Positions 47,096-58,315 of a DNA stretch of 64,000 nucleotides are shown piece by piece. The position numbers were made by a program, and so were the translations under genes. This DNA is from Blepharisma stoltei ATCC 30299 (Eukaryota; Protista; Ciliophora). Location: assembly GCA_965603825.1 (NCBI GenBank), contig CBFDEM010000012.1:186001-250000 (forward strand), given 5' to 3'. How positions within the stretch are numbered: the stretch's first letter is position 1; the number at the start of each line of letters is the position of its first letter. The notes beneath the pieces are model-generated. The model did no database searches. It was not told the DNA's origin and worked only from the letters and a program-made list of their open reading frames with translations.

Positions 47096-48907
47096 ATGGA
47101 CCTTTTCAACTCAATTGTGGACTATTTAGAAAGCAGGCACCTTCTAAAATCAGCATCAATGCTCAGGGGAATAATAAAAAGTATTAGTTTTGATGATCAT
47201 CTCACAGATCGTGAAAAAAATTTGCTAAGAAAAATCGAATCAAGCCTAGGAAATAAAGAAAACAAAGCAGGTGTTTCTCAAGAAAACGAAGCAATTATGG
47301 AAAATCTAATGACACGACTGATATCAAACCCAAAGATTGCCCAGAGCAAAGCTGTTGAAAATAATCTAGAAAGGCTTTTCGAAGTTAAGGCATTTCAAAA
47401 AATGGTTTCGTGCGCAGATCAATTATTTTTCGATAGTGACAGCATGAATATTTCATCCAAAATAGTTCACAACAACGATAAAGATGCCAGCTCTGGGTCA
47501 ATTGCCTCAAGTTTACACGAATCCCAAGACCAATCAGAATCATATAGAACAAGCCAGGAATACTCATCAGATAAACCTGGGAATTCAGAAATTGACGAAT
47601 ATGAAGACGATGATGACCCTGGCTATGAAGCTTATGAGTGCTCTGAGGAAGATTTTGAAGAAATAAGCCGACAATTAGGCGACAAGTATGGATTTCCTGC
47701 TAGAGCTGCATACCCTAAAAAAAACGAAAATAAAGAAGAAAGACGAGAGCCTATAAAGCCTCAGTTTCCTCCACATATAAAATTCCCAAAAAGTGGGGAT
47801 AGTTTTTATCCTAAAGAATTTGACGGAGTTGTATATGATTGCTATGACTTAAAGGTTATCACTGATAGAGAAAGGACAGGTTTTGAGGAAAATAAAGAAT
47901 TTCCTATTGTGGTAGATAGTGTTATTGCGGGGAGATATAAAGTGATTGAGTTTTTGGGGTCTGCTGCTTTTAGTAAAGCTATTCAGTGTTTGGATACTTT
48001 TACAGATGAAATGGTATGTTTGAAAATTATTGAAAATAATAAAGATTATATCGATCAAAGTATAGATGAAATAAAATTGCTACTATATATAAAGGAAAAT
48101 GGGGATGCTGATGAGCATAATGTTTTAAGGATTATTGATTATTTTTATCATAAAGAGCATTTGTTTATTGTAACAGAATTACTAAGGGATAATCTCTATG
48201 AGTTTTATCGCTATAACAGAGAGCACGAAGATGAATTTTATTTCACAATGGGACATCTACAAAGAATAACAGTCCAAATCTTAAAAGGTCTTGAATTTCT
48301 CCACAGCCTTCTGTTAATTCATTGTGACCTTAAACCTGAAAATGTTCTAATAAAATCTTATAGCCGCTGTTTAGTCAAAATTATTGATTTAGGCTCCAGC
48401 TGTTATATTCATGATCATTTAAGCTCTTATGTTCAAAGCAGATCTTACAGAGCTCCAGAAGTGATTATGGGCTGCACTTATGACTATCGAATTGATATAT
48501 GGTCATTAGGATGTATTTTAGCTGAACTTTGGACTGGAAATGTTCTATTTCAGAATGATTCTGTGCAAGGATTACTCGCTAGAGTTGTAGGAATCGTAGG
48601 ACCATTTCCAGATTATATGTTTAAACATGGCAGGCATGTAGGGAATTATTTCACAAGGGAAAAGTTGATATACCAAGTTTCTGATGAAAAAGTGGAGGAT
48701 TCATCCAGCAATCTTGGGGGTAAAAAGATTATGATTTTTGTACCTAAGAAAACATCTCTTAAAGCAAGACTAAGGGCAGATGACGACATGTTTGTTGATT
48801 TTATTGCTAGTTTATTAGAACTTGACAAAGAAAAAAGACCGACTGCATCTCAAGCATTGCAACATCCTTGGCTAACTCAATGTAAGTATCCAGATGGGCT
48901 TCCATAA
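47096..48907 (+). CDS. DYRK-family kinase (DYRKP-like) with LisH-like N-terminus
   Basis: RTGFEENKEFP, LGSAAFS, HCDLKPEN, SSYVQSRSYRAPE. Confidence 0.92.
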   Translation: MDLFNSIVDYLESRHLLKSASMLRGIIKSISFDDHLTDREKNLLRKIESSLGNKENKAGVSQENEAIMENLMTRLISNPKIAQSKAVENNLERLFEVKAFQKMVSCADQLFFDSDSMNISSKIVHNNDKDASSGSIASSLHESQDQSESYRTSQEYSSDKPGNSEIDEYEDDDDPGYEAYECSEEDFEEISRQLGDKYGFPARAAYPKKNENKEERREPIKPQFPPHIKFPKSGDSFYPKEFDGVVYDCYDLKVITDRERTGFEENKEFPIVVDSVIAGRYKVIEFLGSAAFSKAIQCLDTFTDEMVCLKIIENNKDYIDQSIDEIKLLLYIKENGDADEHNVLRIIDYFYHKEHLFIVTELLRDNLYEFYRYNREHEDEFYFTMGHLQRITVQILKGLEFLHSLLLIHCDLKPENVLIKSYSRCLVKIIDLGSSCYIHDHLSSYVQSRSYRAPEVIMGCTYDYRIDIWSLGCILAELWTGNVLFQNDSVQGLLARVVGIVGPFPDYMFKHGRHVGNYFTREKLIYQVSDEKVEDSSSNLGGKKIMIFVPKKTSLKARLRADDDMFVDFIASLLELDKEKRPTASQALQHPWLTQCKYPDGLP

Positions 48908-49103
48908 AGATTAATATTATTCTTCTCAAGTTAAAATAAATTTTACCATTCATTTCAGCTATCCATTAAAATTAAATCTTACTTTAATTAGCATTATCTC
49001 TAGTCCCATCAATCCTTAATTGATTTATTCTAAACCTTCGGCCATCATATAATCCCACCACCTACTATTATTTTAAAACAAACCCCAAATTTATCAAAAA
49101 TAA

Positions 49104-49877
49104 ATGTGGATTTTGCTGTTAGTAGCATTGTCTCTCATTTTGCTATTCCCTCGAAAATTTTTATTTTTCCTCAGAGTGGGGTATTCATTTTACTTCTATC
49201 CTCTCTTTTTCTTACTCATCAGGGTTTGGACAGTAAAGGATCCTCAGACTCGATGGACATCTCACTCTACGTGGTTTTGCGGTGTCAAATTGATTGAATT
49301 GCCTGGAAGTTCCAAAATTCCTTCAGACCGCAGCATCATGTTTTTAGGCAACCATCGTAACATAGCGGATTTTGTTATTCATGACTCAGTCACAAAATTC
49401 ACAGCAAATTACTTATCAAGAGCCCTTGTAGGATTTGCATTTCCATTTATGGGGATCATCAGCCATATGACAGGGAGATGTTGGTACTTCGTACGTGGCC
49501 AAAGCACAAAGGATTTAGAGCAATTTTATGTGTGGCTTGATAAGAAATTCTCATTTACTGAAAATTTGAGAAAACATCTAATTGTTTATCCAGAAGGCCA
49601 TAGAAATCTTAAAAAAGAGCCCTTGCCATTAAGGACAGGGATGATTAGATATGCATATCTGCGTAAAATGCCTGTACAGTTCTTTATGTGTGATGGCTAT
49701 GACGAAGTTTTGAACGAGAAAAAATTAACAGCTTGTTTTGGAACTTCAATTGTAAAATTCAAGCTTTTCCCTTTAATTGATCCCAAGGACTTTGATACTG
49801 TTGAAGCTTTTATTGATAAAATCAAAATAGACTTTGTAGAAAGCTTTTATGAAGTAAGGAAAACCACTAATAAGTAG
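49104..49877 (+). CDS. PlsC-type lysophospholipid acyltransferase
   Basis: NHRNIADF (HX4D) and YPEGHR motifs; N-terminal TM. Confidence 0.85.
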   Translation: MWILLLVALSLILLFPRKFLFFLRVGYSFYFYPLFFLLIRVWTVKDPQTRWTSHSTWFCGVKLIELPGSSKIPSDRSIMFLGNHRNIADFVIHDSVTKFTANYLSRALVGFAFPFMGIISHMTGRCWYFVRGQSTKDLEQFYVWLDKKFSFTENLRKHLIVYPEGHRNLKKEPLPLRTGMIRYAYLRKMPVQFFMCDGYDEVLNEKKLTACFGTSIVKFKLFPLIDPKDFDTVEAFIDKIKIDFVESFYEVRKTTNK

Positions 49878-50501
49878 ATTTAATAAGCTATAGAAATAAA
49901 TTAGAGAAAAAACCTTCAATATTAGTTTCATAAAAGTAATATGTTGAATTTTAGACAGCTTCATTTTAAAACATAACAAATTAAATTAATTTATGTGTAA
50001 ATATCTAAAAAACATTAATTAGCGAAACAAAAATTTTGTTGAATTAGCAAATTCTTAGTAAGGATTTTCTTAAATATATTTGCGATAGATAAGTTATATC
50101 AGCAATCGTAAAGATAATAATCATGCAGGCGGGATTAAGTAAAAATGCCCGGATGACCCCTTAGATATCAAATATATTATAACTCTTAATAAAAATTGAT
50201 GATTCATCACCCGTTTCATTATAAAGGCACGCAAAATTGATTTAACACTTTTAATTTTAATTAAAAATAACTTACCAAATATGCATAGCAGCAAATAGAT
50301 TAAAAGCTGAATGCCAGTTATTAAATCTTGAAGACAAAATATCGATTTGTACTAACACTCTTTTAATTAATTTGTTTGCATTGCTCTTAATGGCTTTATA
50401 AGGGAAAAAATTAGTAATCAATTTAATTGCAGCAATACAAAGAGAGGCCAAATAAGTTGAAAATATTTCATTGATTTATTCTAAGCATTTCAGTAAAATA
50501 A

Positions 50502-51617
50502 ATGTCAAAACCTATATTATCTAGAAAGCAAAGCAAAGAGTCCATAATTCCTGCAAAAACAGATACTCTATCACAAACTCAGCCAATTAGCTCATCGCTT
50601 CTAAAAAATTTTTCTGCATTAAGCTTATCAATTTCAAAATTTCCTAAATTAAACGAATCATTGAAGCTTAAAAACAAGTCTCCACTTAAGAAAATCGTAA
50701 GATCACGGTCAAAATCCACACTAAAGCATCCAAGTGATCTAAATTTATCAAAAATTGATATTAGTGTAAAGCCAAAATCAAAAAGACATAACAGATCATG
50801 CTCCTCCAGCTTCATCATGGACCCTCAAAATAAAACTTTTATTGGGCTATCAGAAGGAAAACCAAATGAAAGTAAAGTGGTAAAGCTTGACCAGTCCATT
50901 GACAATTTCAAAGCAATTTCTGTCGAAAATTCATGCGAATTAAAATTTACGAATTCTCCTGATCTTGAGCACAAGTTTGACCAAGAACTAAAAAAATTTG
51001 AAAAAATGACCGATAATGATTTTAAATTAGAACAAAAGTTTTTATTTGCAAAAAATACATTTTCAAAAATCCTTGAAAACGACAATGAGTTTACCTCAAT
51101 TTTAATTAAAATAAAAGGTGTCTATGATGCATACATAGAACATTTACTTTTAAAATGCGAAAACAAGTTAAAAAAATCGATAGATTTGCATTTAGAAAGC
51201 AAAAATTTGTCTAATCACATTGAAAAATCAAGAGAAAAAATCATAGAAGACTACAAAAAATTAAAAACAGAATTAAATGCAGCAAACAAAAAAATCAACG
51301 ATTCAGTTGTTAGGGAGAAAAAATACATTAAACTTTTAAGTTCACTCGAAAAGCAAGGGTACCCCATACAAGAAATCTATAATAATCTCAAAATGGAACC
51401 GAAAAAGAACAGAAGTTCTCTTGCTTCAATCGATGAAGACTCATCAACAACTACAGATTATTCAGAGGTTTCTAGTCTAAAACGTGATAGTAACGTTCCG
51501 ATCCCGAAATTGTCGCTTCCCGAACACTTATCTGATGGTTATCATCAAGAATTCATGTCTAAATTTAGCGAGTTTTCTGAGTCATGGAGAATTCAAATAG
51601 AAAAAGACAAAAGATAG
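50502..51617 (+). CDS. Hypothetical coiled-coil protein
   Basis: 371-aa ORF; C-terminal YHQEFMSKFSEFSESWR. Confidence 0.75.
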   Translation: MSKPILSRKQSKESIIPAKTDTLSQTQPISSSLLKNFSALSLSISKFPKLNESLKLKNKSPLKKIVRSRSKSTLKHPSDLNLSKIDISVKPKSKRHNRSCSSSFIMDPQNKTFIGLSEGKPNESKVVKLDQSIDNFKAISVENSCELKFTNSPDLEHKFDQELKKFEKMTDNDFKLEQKFLFAKNTFSKILENDNEFTSILIKIKGVYDAYIEHLLLKCENKLKKSIDLHLESKNLSNHIEKSREKIIEDYKKLKTELNAANKKINDSVVREKKYIKLLSSLEKQGYPIQEIYNNLKMEPKKNRSSLASIDEDSSTTTDYSEVSSLKRDSNVPIPKLSLPEHLSDGYHQEFMSKFSEFSESWRIQIEKDKR

Positions 51618-51650
51618 ATAAGTAAATAAAATTTATAAATTTTCCCGTCA

Positions 51651-53018
51651 TTAGTTATTGATCAATGCTTGTCTCTTCCTCTTTCTTGCTTTTATGATAT
51701 TCTTTATTACGCAACCGATAATAATCAATATAATCACTCCGAGAATGCAAACTAGAATCTTCGCCCAGGTTGGGAATGCTTCATAAGTGTCATTGTCAGC
51801 TGAAATATCTTCGCATCCATATAAATATGATCTATCATTTACATCTATGCTCCATATATAAAAATTGTGATCTCCTACAGTGGGTTTGTTAAAATTGATA
51901 GTCCCATCTTCAAAATGATGCAATTGATTTGCGACGACTAATAAAGTTTTGTCTTTATTATTAAATCCTAATGTATCTGGCCACATCATACGCTCTGAAT
52001 CATTTCCATATATTGTAAATTTGTTTACGCTAAAATCTGAAGCTACATTTGTAATGTCAGGCTGCTTATAAACTGAATTATATTCAAGCGCAGTGATATA
52101 CAAATTATTTTTCTCTGAAGCAGCTAGCCCATCACTTGCGCTTTTTTTTCATCCAATGGGTTGCACATAATTTGAAATATTTGCATGATATTTTGGGTCC
52201 CTTAAATACATAGTATCGATAGAATATAAATATTGGCTTGTCAATGGCGTATAATAGAGTGTCCTTTTATCGCATGATAACGCAATTCCATCTGCTCCTG
52301 TCTCCATTGGACTATTTTTAAGCACCTGCTCCCCATTAATATAAATTCTTAATGTTTCATTATTCATCACTGAAATATCGCTCGCTAGTAACCTCCAAAC
52401 CTGCGATGTTTTTGTATTTAACACTATAATTGCTGGCTCTAGTGGGTCATCGGAATTTATAGGCAATCCTGAATCAGTTATATATGCAAACTCTCTCAGT
52501 GGGTCTAAAACAATATCATTCAAAAACGAATTATTCGCAGAGGTGACGCTTGACAAATCGTATGTCATATTTTTCTTTCCAGTTATTGAATTATACTTTA
52601 CTAGCTTTTGGCTCTTAGCAATTGCTGAATTTCCGTTAACTTTGCCTTGATCAAGCACCCAAATGTAGTCATCTAGATCAATTTCAAAGCCTAATACAGA
52701 CTGTAATGCTTCTGCGACTCCTTCTTCATTTTCTTCTAAGCTTGGAAAAGGTTTCAGCAGTAGAGCGTCATCGTTCTGTGAAACGATTTGGTTTAAGGTC
52801 GCTACAACGTTTTCCTTCCACCTAGGGACTGATATAAAAATGTCTCCTTGTGAGTTCATTTTGATTCCTGCAGGCATACAGCAGGTGTAAAGCTGATTAT
52901 TTACATAGCTTTCAGCATCTGCTGGATCATCGAATGTGAAATTTAGCCAATTGAACTGATATAATATATCTTCTGTTCGCCCAAATACCAAAGGAACTAA
53001 GACTAAAATAATCAACAT
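51651..53018 (-). CDS. Yellow/major royal jelly protein family, with C-terminal TM anchor
   Basis: FISVPRW, LQSV, IWVLDQG, FLNDIVLD, AYITDSG, GADGIALS...LYYTPLTS, SDGL, WPDT; joined via TGA 52149. Signal peptide; TM plus RKRKR tail. Confidence 0.88.
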
Positions 53019-53053
53019 TTTATTTAGCTCAAGTTTATTATAAGTTATGAATT

Positions 53054-53689
53054 TTATGATAAAAATTTTGATGACTTTGCTTGCGGGCTTGTGTTCAGAA
53101 AAGAACTTAGCTGATTTTGAATATTATGTGCTAGGGACTCAAGATTTTCAAGCCTCTGGCTAAAATTAGTCATAGTTGCCATAATGGTTTTAAGCATTTC
53201 ATGATCTGACATATGATTATTTTCATCGGGCTGTATATGAGGCTCAACAATAACTGGCAGATTTAACTGTGGGTCTTCAAGCAAATTATCATAAAGTTGT
53301 TGTATGTTTTGAGATTTTATTAGGAGATCTTTATAAGTTGTCTCCAATTTTAAATATTTCTGCTTATATTTGTCTTCATTTATTCTATATTAGAATTACG
53401 GTGATCGAGATCTTGAGCTGCATCTTGCTGGGGTTGCAGATTTTGGGATATTCAAAATCGCTTTAGGCTCTGAGTCAGATATCATGCTTAGCACTGTTTC
53501 CTCAGGACTAACATTTCTATTAACTGGTTCCTCTGAATATATAGAAGCAGGCGCTGAAATTTCCCCTTCATAATTATCATTATAACTTTTTGAAAAATTG
53601 AATTGCGAGCTCACACTTGTTATTATTTTAGGGTGCCTCTTTTTTAATTGAAGCTTTGCAGCGGTATAGCTTCCACGTCTTTTATTCAT
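53054..53689 (-). CDS. Hypothetical coiled-coil protein (intron 53385-53399)
   Basis: 15-nt intron GTAATTCTAATATAG joins two track ORFs in frame. Confidence 0.72.
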
Positions 53690-53763
53690 TTATAATTAAA
53701 TTTAACTATAATAAAGCTTTTGTACCTTTATTATTGTTATTCATGAGCATATAGTAGAAAAAT

Positions 53764-54420
53764 ATGGATTCAATTAAACAAAAATTTTACTATAAACTTG
53801 TCTTACTTAACAAATCCAAATATTATACCATATCTGAAAAACCTCAAGAATTAGTGATGGGTGATACAACTGAACAAAATTTACTTCAAAGCTCTTTAGT
53901 ATATGTCTATAGAACCCAAGAGCTTGCGCTTTCAAATGAAATGTAAATTTAATTCAGACGCGTAAAAGATCCTAAAACTCATTTAAGCCCAAAAACTGTT
54001 ATAAAAATAATGTGCTGAGGAGATTCCAAAGAAGAAGACCCAAAATATGCATTTAGTTTTATGTGTCCTATATTGGATGTAGGATTTCCGTTTAAACCCC
54101 AAAAACCAATCAGAGACGTTTCTCGACGCTCGAAAATTATCCCTCCAAAAGAGCTTCGAAGCTTACCTTATTGAAGAGACATAACTCCTTGCAGATATGG
54201 GCTTCGAAAGCTCCCATCTCCCAAGCTCTCAGTAAGAAGCATTTCTCACATAAATTGACGAGTCAAAAGCAGCCGAGCGTATGAAAAGCTGCGAAAAATG
54301 GAAGAAGAAACTGAAAAATTGGAAAAAGAAATCTCGGAAATTGAGAAATTTGCCGATCTTCTTGACTTAGAAAATGATGATTTTTTAAAAGATTCTGCTA
54401 TAAATGAGAGTATAAAATAA
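53764..54420 (+). CDS. Hypothetical protein (intron 53943-53957)
   Basis: One 15-nt intron plus three TGA=Trp give a 213-aa frame ending at TAA 54420. Confidence 0.7.
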
Positions 54421-54445
54421 GATGTTGTTGTGAAGAAAAGTTAGC

Positions 54446-54901
54446 TTAACGATAACTCTTTTGTCGTCTTGCTCTAGCACCAGGGCCACCATATTTCTTG
54501 GGCTCTTTTCTTCTTGGATCTGCAACTAATAAACTACGATCATAAGCTAAAATCATTTCTTTGATTTGACGCTTTGATGCTTCATCAACATATTTTTGGT
54601 AAAATGCAATAATTCCTTTAGCAATTGCCTGTCTAACTGCGTAGATTTGGCTAACATAGCCACCACCATGAACTCTGATTTTGAAGTCAACTTTGCTAAA
54701 TCTTGACTCTCCAAGCAAGAGAATTGGCTCTAATACTTTTACTCTTAATGTCTGTGGTTCAACAAGGTGAAGTGGGACACCATTAACTCTGATCATCCCT
54801 TTTCCTTTGGTTATCAAAGCTACAGCCTGAGCGTGTTTCTTTTTTCCATAGGTTTGAACACTTTCAATTCTTGGAAGATGAGTGTGGACAGGCTGAGCCA
54901 T
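54446..54901 (-). CDS. RPS16: 40S ribosomal protein uS9
   Basis: [50 protein letters not shown]. Confidence 0.97.
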   Translation of the reverse strand: MAQPVHTHLPRIESVQTYGKKKHAQAVALITKGKGMIRVNGVPLHLVEPQTLRVKVLEPILLLGESRFSKVDFKIRVHGGGYVSQIYAVRQAIAKGIIAFYQKYVDEASKRQIKEMILAYDRSLLVADPRRKEPKKYGGPGARARRQKSYR

Positions 54902-55322
54902 TTTAAGATTTATGGTCAATTCGCTAAAAGTTATTTTTTGGTATTGTGCACTTTCTTTGAAGTTTTTGATTTCATTTTAAGATTATTTAGTGCTCTTAAG
55001 CAATTATAAGTGAATTTCTAAATTTTCTATCAAATTTATCCTTTTTTGATCACAGATAATATGAAATTGCACCTCAGAATTTTTTAGAGCTCCCACAGCA
55101 AAACTGAAGAGTTTTCAATGAACAAAATGCCAAATAGAAGCAAAGAAACAAATGATTAGCATAGAGATGCAACAAATCAACTTTTATCTGTTTTTATCGA
55201 TAATTGGCTCACAACGATGAGGATTAATTATTCTTTTTACAAGGATTCTGAAGATAAAAGGCTCATTAATATAATTTTAATTGAAAAATCACAATATCAA
55301 ACAATGTTTGCTAACTAGTTAC

Positions 55323-55493
55323 TTAAACCTTAAGCTTGGTTCTTCTCCAGTGTCTCCTCTTTGAATTATAGCGTTGGGTGTTGTCTGTCTTGTAGAAAGC
55401 CCATCTAGGCATAGGTCTGTTTTGTTTTCTTAGCCTTCCCATTGTTTTTTTTGCTCTCAACGATTTGACAGCTCCCTAAATAGTTCTTACCAT
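55323..55493 (-). CDS. RPL39: 60S ribosomal protein eL39 (51 aa; intron 55476-55490 directly after ATG; not in ORF track)
   Basis: M|[50 protein letters not shown]. Confidence 0.95.
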
Positions 55494-55928
55494 TTGTGAG
55501 ATTTATTTATTAATGGCCGATCCTTTTATAAGTGCAGTGTGGAAGGAATTACTCAAAAATATTCATAAAAATTATAAAGGATATTGTAACTGAATTCATA
55601 AACGGGTTATTTTATTGGGACACATAAATTGTGATTTTTAATTAAATGTTAGGAGACTTATTAACATTTTACAATTAATCCTTATTAGATTATCATTTAT
55701 TATATTAATTTTTTGTTATTGGAAACTTATATTAGCTTATTCTTAATGCTTTTATAATATTGTTTGATTAATGCTGAGGCTTTTTAGATTCGATTAAATT
55801 TGAGCATTCTACTAGACTTATGGCGAGATCTATAAATTAGCAATATTTTCTAATTAGCAAATCAGTAATTATCAAAAAATTCTTATGTAAATCCTAGCTT
55901 CGATTTATCTATATTGAAAAGACTTAAA

Positions 55929-56969
55929 TTACAATCGTCGCCTTTGCTGAGGTTTAACCTCTTCATTTTGTTGTTGAGGCTCTGGTATTTTTTCATCTTC
56001 CACATTATTTTCTCTTTCTTTTGTTCTTTCCTCATTTCTTGAATTTTTATTCTAAATAGCGTTTACAAAGTTCAAAATAGTCCAATCATAAATAAAATCA
56101 TACTGATAATTTTCCCTAAAAAACAAGTCTTTGAACATCCTTTTCAAATATGCATAATCAGGTCTTTCTTCAAATCTTAGCCCTCTTGCGTAATTCATAT
56201 ATGTAAAAAACTCCTGAGGAAACCCTTGGCAGAGGACTTCATTTCTAGTATCCAGCTTGCGCTGCATGATTAAATCATATTTTTCTTTTTTTGAATGAGC
56301 TCGAATTCCCATCCATGGGAGACTTCCTCGGAGAAAATACATAAAAACAAAGCCAAGACCTTCAATGTCGTCTCGCCTAGACTGCTCAATGCCCATGTGA
56401 GTGTTGACTGCTGCATATCTTGCTGTGCCTGTTAAACTTTTGCCTTCTCGGTAAGGGATGTGTTGTTGGGTTTTCGGGTCTCGATATTTTTTGGCTAAGC
56501 CGAAGTCTATTATAAATATTTGATTTGCTCTTTTCCCAAGACCAATCAAAAAGTTGTCTGGCTTGATATCTCTGTGCAGAAAATTCTTAGCATGGAAAAA
56601 TTCTACTCGAGAAATCATTTGATCTGCCAACATCAATACTGTCTTCATAGAAAACCTACGGTTGCACATTGAAAACAAATCCTCTAGCGAAGGGCCTAAT
56701 AAATCCAGCACCATTATATTGTACTCGCCTTCTACACCATATCAGTGAATATTTGGGATCCCTACGCCACCTTGTAAGAGACGATATAGTTTTGATTCAT
56801 AGAGAAGCTGAGGGTGGCGTGAATCAACACGCTCGAGTTTTATTGCAACTTCTTCGTTAGTTTGAACGTTGGTGCCAAGATAAATTTCTCCAAAAGAACC
56901 ACTACCAATCTTTCCACCAAGTCTGTACTTACCAGCAGCTATACGAATGTCGACATTTCTGCTGCTCAT
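55929..56969 (-). CDS. CK1: Casein kinase 1 (intron 56052-56066)
   Basis: [21 protein letters not shown][TGA=W][36 protein letters not shown]. Confidence 0.95.
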
Positions 56970-57252
56970 TTTAGATTATATGAAAATCATAAAATTTCTG
57001 GTTCTTAAATAAAACCTTATAGGGAGATTTCAGATTTTTTAATAAGAAATATCTAAAGAAAATTATTCATATTTTTATTATAGATAATCAAATAATTTCT
57101 TTCTTAATTGCAAAAACATTAGACTTATTTATTTTCATGCTATTTTAATTTTTTAACAATGATTTTTTATTAATTCTTTGTCACAATCTTTTTTTAATTA
57201 ATCTGCCAATAAGCCTAGAGAAATTTTACTTAATAACGAAAAATAAATAAGG

Positions 57253-58221
57253 ATGACTGAAATTGAAGCAATAGATATCAATCCACATCAAGACCATCCA
57301 GCTGTCTGCGTTACTGTAAATGTCAACTTGAAGACAGGCGAAGTGTCACGCGAATGCTCTGATATTTTAAAGGATTTAACTCCTTTAAGGAAAGCATCAT
57401 CACTGTCAACCATGTCAGCAAGAGAAATAAGACTGCTTGCGAAGCAAGCTGAGTATAAGGCAAAGCAAAACATTAAAATTCTTGAAAAGCAAGCCAAAGA
57501 GCTTAGCGAACTTCGCGAGACTCCAGAAATCAACCCCAATTCAAGGAAAATTGCAGAAAAAGTCAAAACCAAGCAAAGCTTTGAAATTAAAGTAAAGCAA
57601 AAAGAAAACAATGTTGAAAAAACTTATCTTCCAACTGGGACTATTAAAGTTTCTCCGGAAAGTCTTTTAAATTCCTTAAAAGCGCGCCCACAATCAGCTT
57701 TTTCTTGTCTTCCTGCAGAAGAGCCAATAAGCAAGCCAAAATTAAACGTAATGGACCGTACGCAAGTGTGGCTGAAAAAGAAAAATACTAAAATTGTTGA
57801 AGAAACTAAGAAAAATGAGGAAAAAAATTTAGAAGACTGCACATTTCAGCCCCAACTTTATGAAAGAATCAGAACAGACGAGTCGCCTTTGTCAATGCCT
57901 TCTAAGCTTTCTCAAACTTTTAGTTCTTTTTATACAAAGAAACAAGAATATAAAAAGAAAGTAGCTTCATCTGCCGTAACAACACGTTTAAATACGGATG
58001 AAACTTCTCGCTCTGCAAAGTTCTTAGACAGAGTAGCTGAGAATGAAAAAAATAATATTGAAATTGTCCATGCAGCTACTGATAATTTGCAGACGAGCGG
58101 GGGTAGTATGAAATATATTAAGATTACTCCTGTAAACAAGCAGCTTAAGTTTAAATCAGGATTTAATGAGACCTCGTTTAAAAAGAAAGCCAAGCCAATG
58201 CTGTCGTATAGGTTAAATTAG
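57253..58221 (+). CDS. Hypothetical basic protein with PxINxNSRKI and CTFQP motifs
   Basis: 322-aa ORF; motifs resemble short repeats of protist cytoskeletal proteins. Confidence 0.72.
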   Translation: MTEIEAIDINPHQDHPAVCVTVNVNLKTGEVSRECSDILKDLTPLRKASSLSTMSAREIRLLAKQAEYKAKQNIKILEKQAKELSELRETPEINPNSRKIAEKVKTKQSFEIKVKQKENNVEKTYLPTGTIKVSPESLLNSLKARPQSAFSCLPAEEPISKPKLNVMDRTQVWLKKKNTKIVEETKKNEEKNLEDCTFQPQLYERIRTDESPLSMPSKLSQTFSSFYTKKQEYKKKVASSAVTTRLNTDETSRSAKFLDRVAENEKNNIEIVHAATDNLQTSGGSMKYIKITPVNKQLKFKSGFNETSFKKKAKPMLSYRLN

Positions 58222-58315
58222 TAATCACGATAAATCTTAGTTAATATAATTTAACAGTAAAAATATTTTTTCTTATTTTACCATTTTTATAGATTACAAA
58301 AATTAAAATTATAGA

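Larger units (their letters stand above)
8482..56066. other. Set of 15 tiny spliceosomal introns: 8482-8496(+), 10056-10070(+), 12202-12216(+), 12288-12302(+), 13639-13653(+), 19890-19904(-), 25632-25647(-,16 nt), 30576-30590(-), 37539-37553(-), 39845-39859(-), 40344-40358(+), 53385-53399(-), 53943-53957(+), 55476-55490(-), 56052-56066(-)
   Basis: All are GTA...YAG with A six nt from the 3' end; removal restores conserved protein sequence in eL39, TDH, ATG8, ankyrin and FNTA. Confidence 0.88.

Noticed and set aside
50120-50245. TGACCC motif and box C-like TGATGA suggesting an snRNA/snoRNA gene
   Set aside because: Only partial motif matches; no recognisable RNA body or terminal stem.
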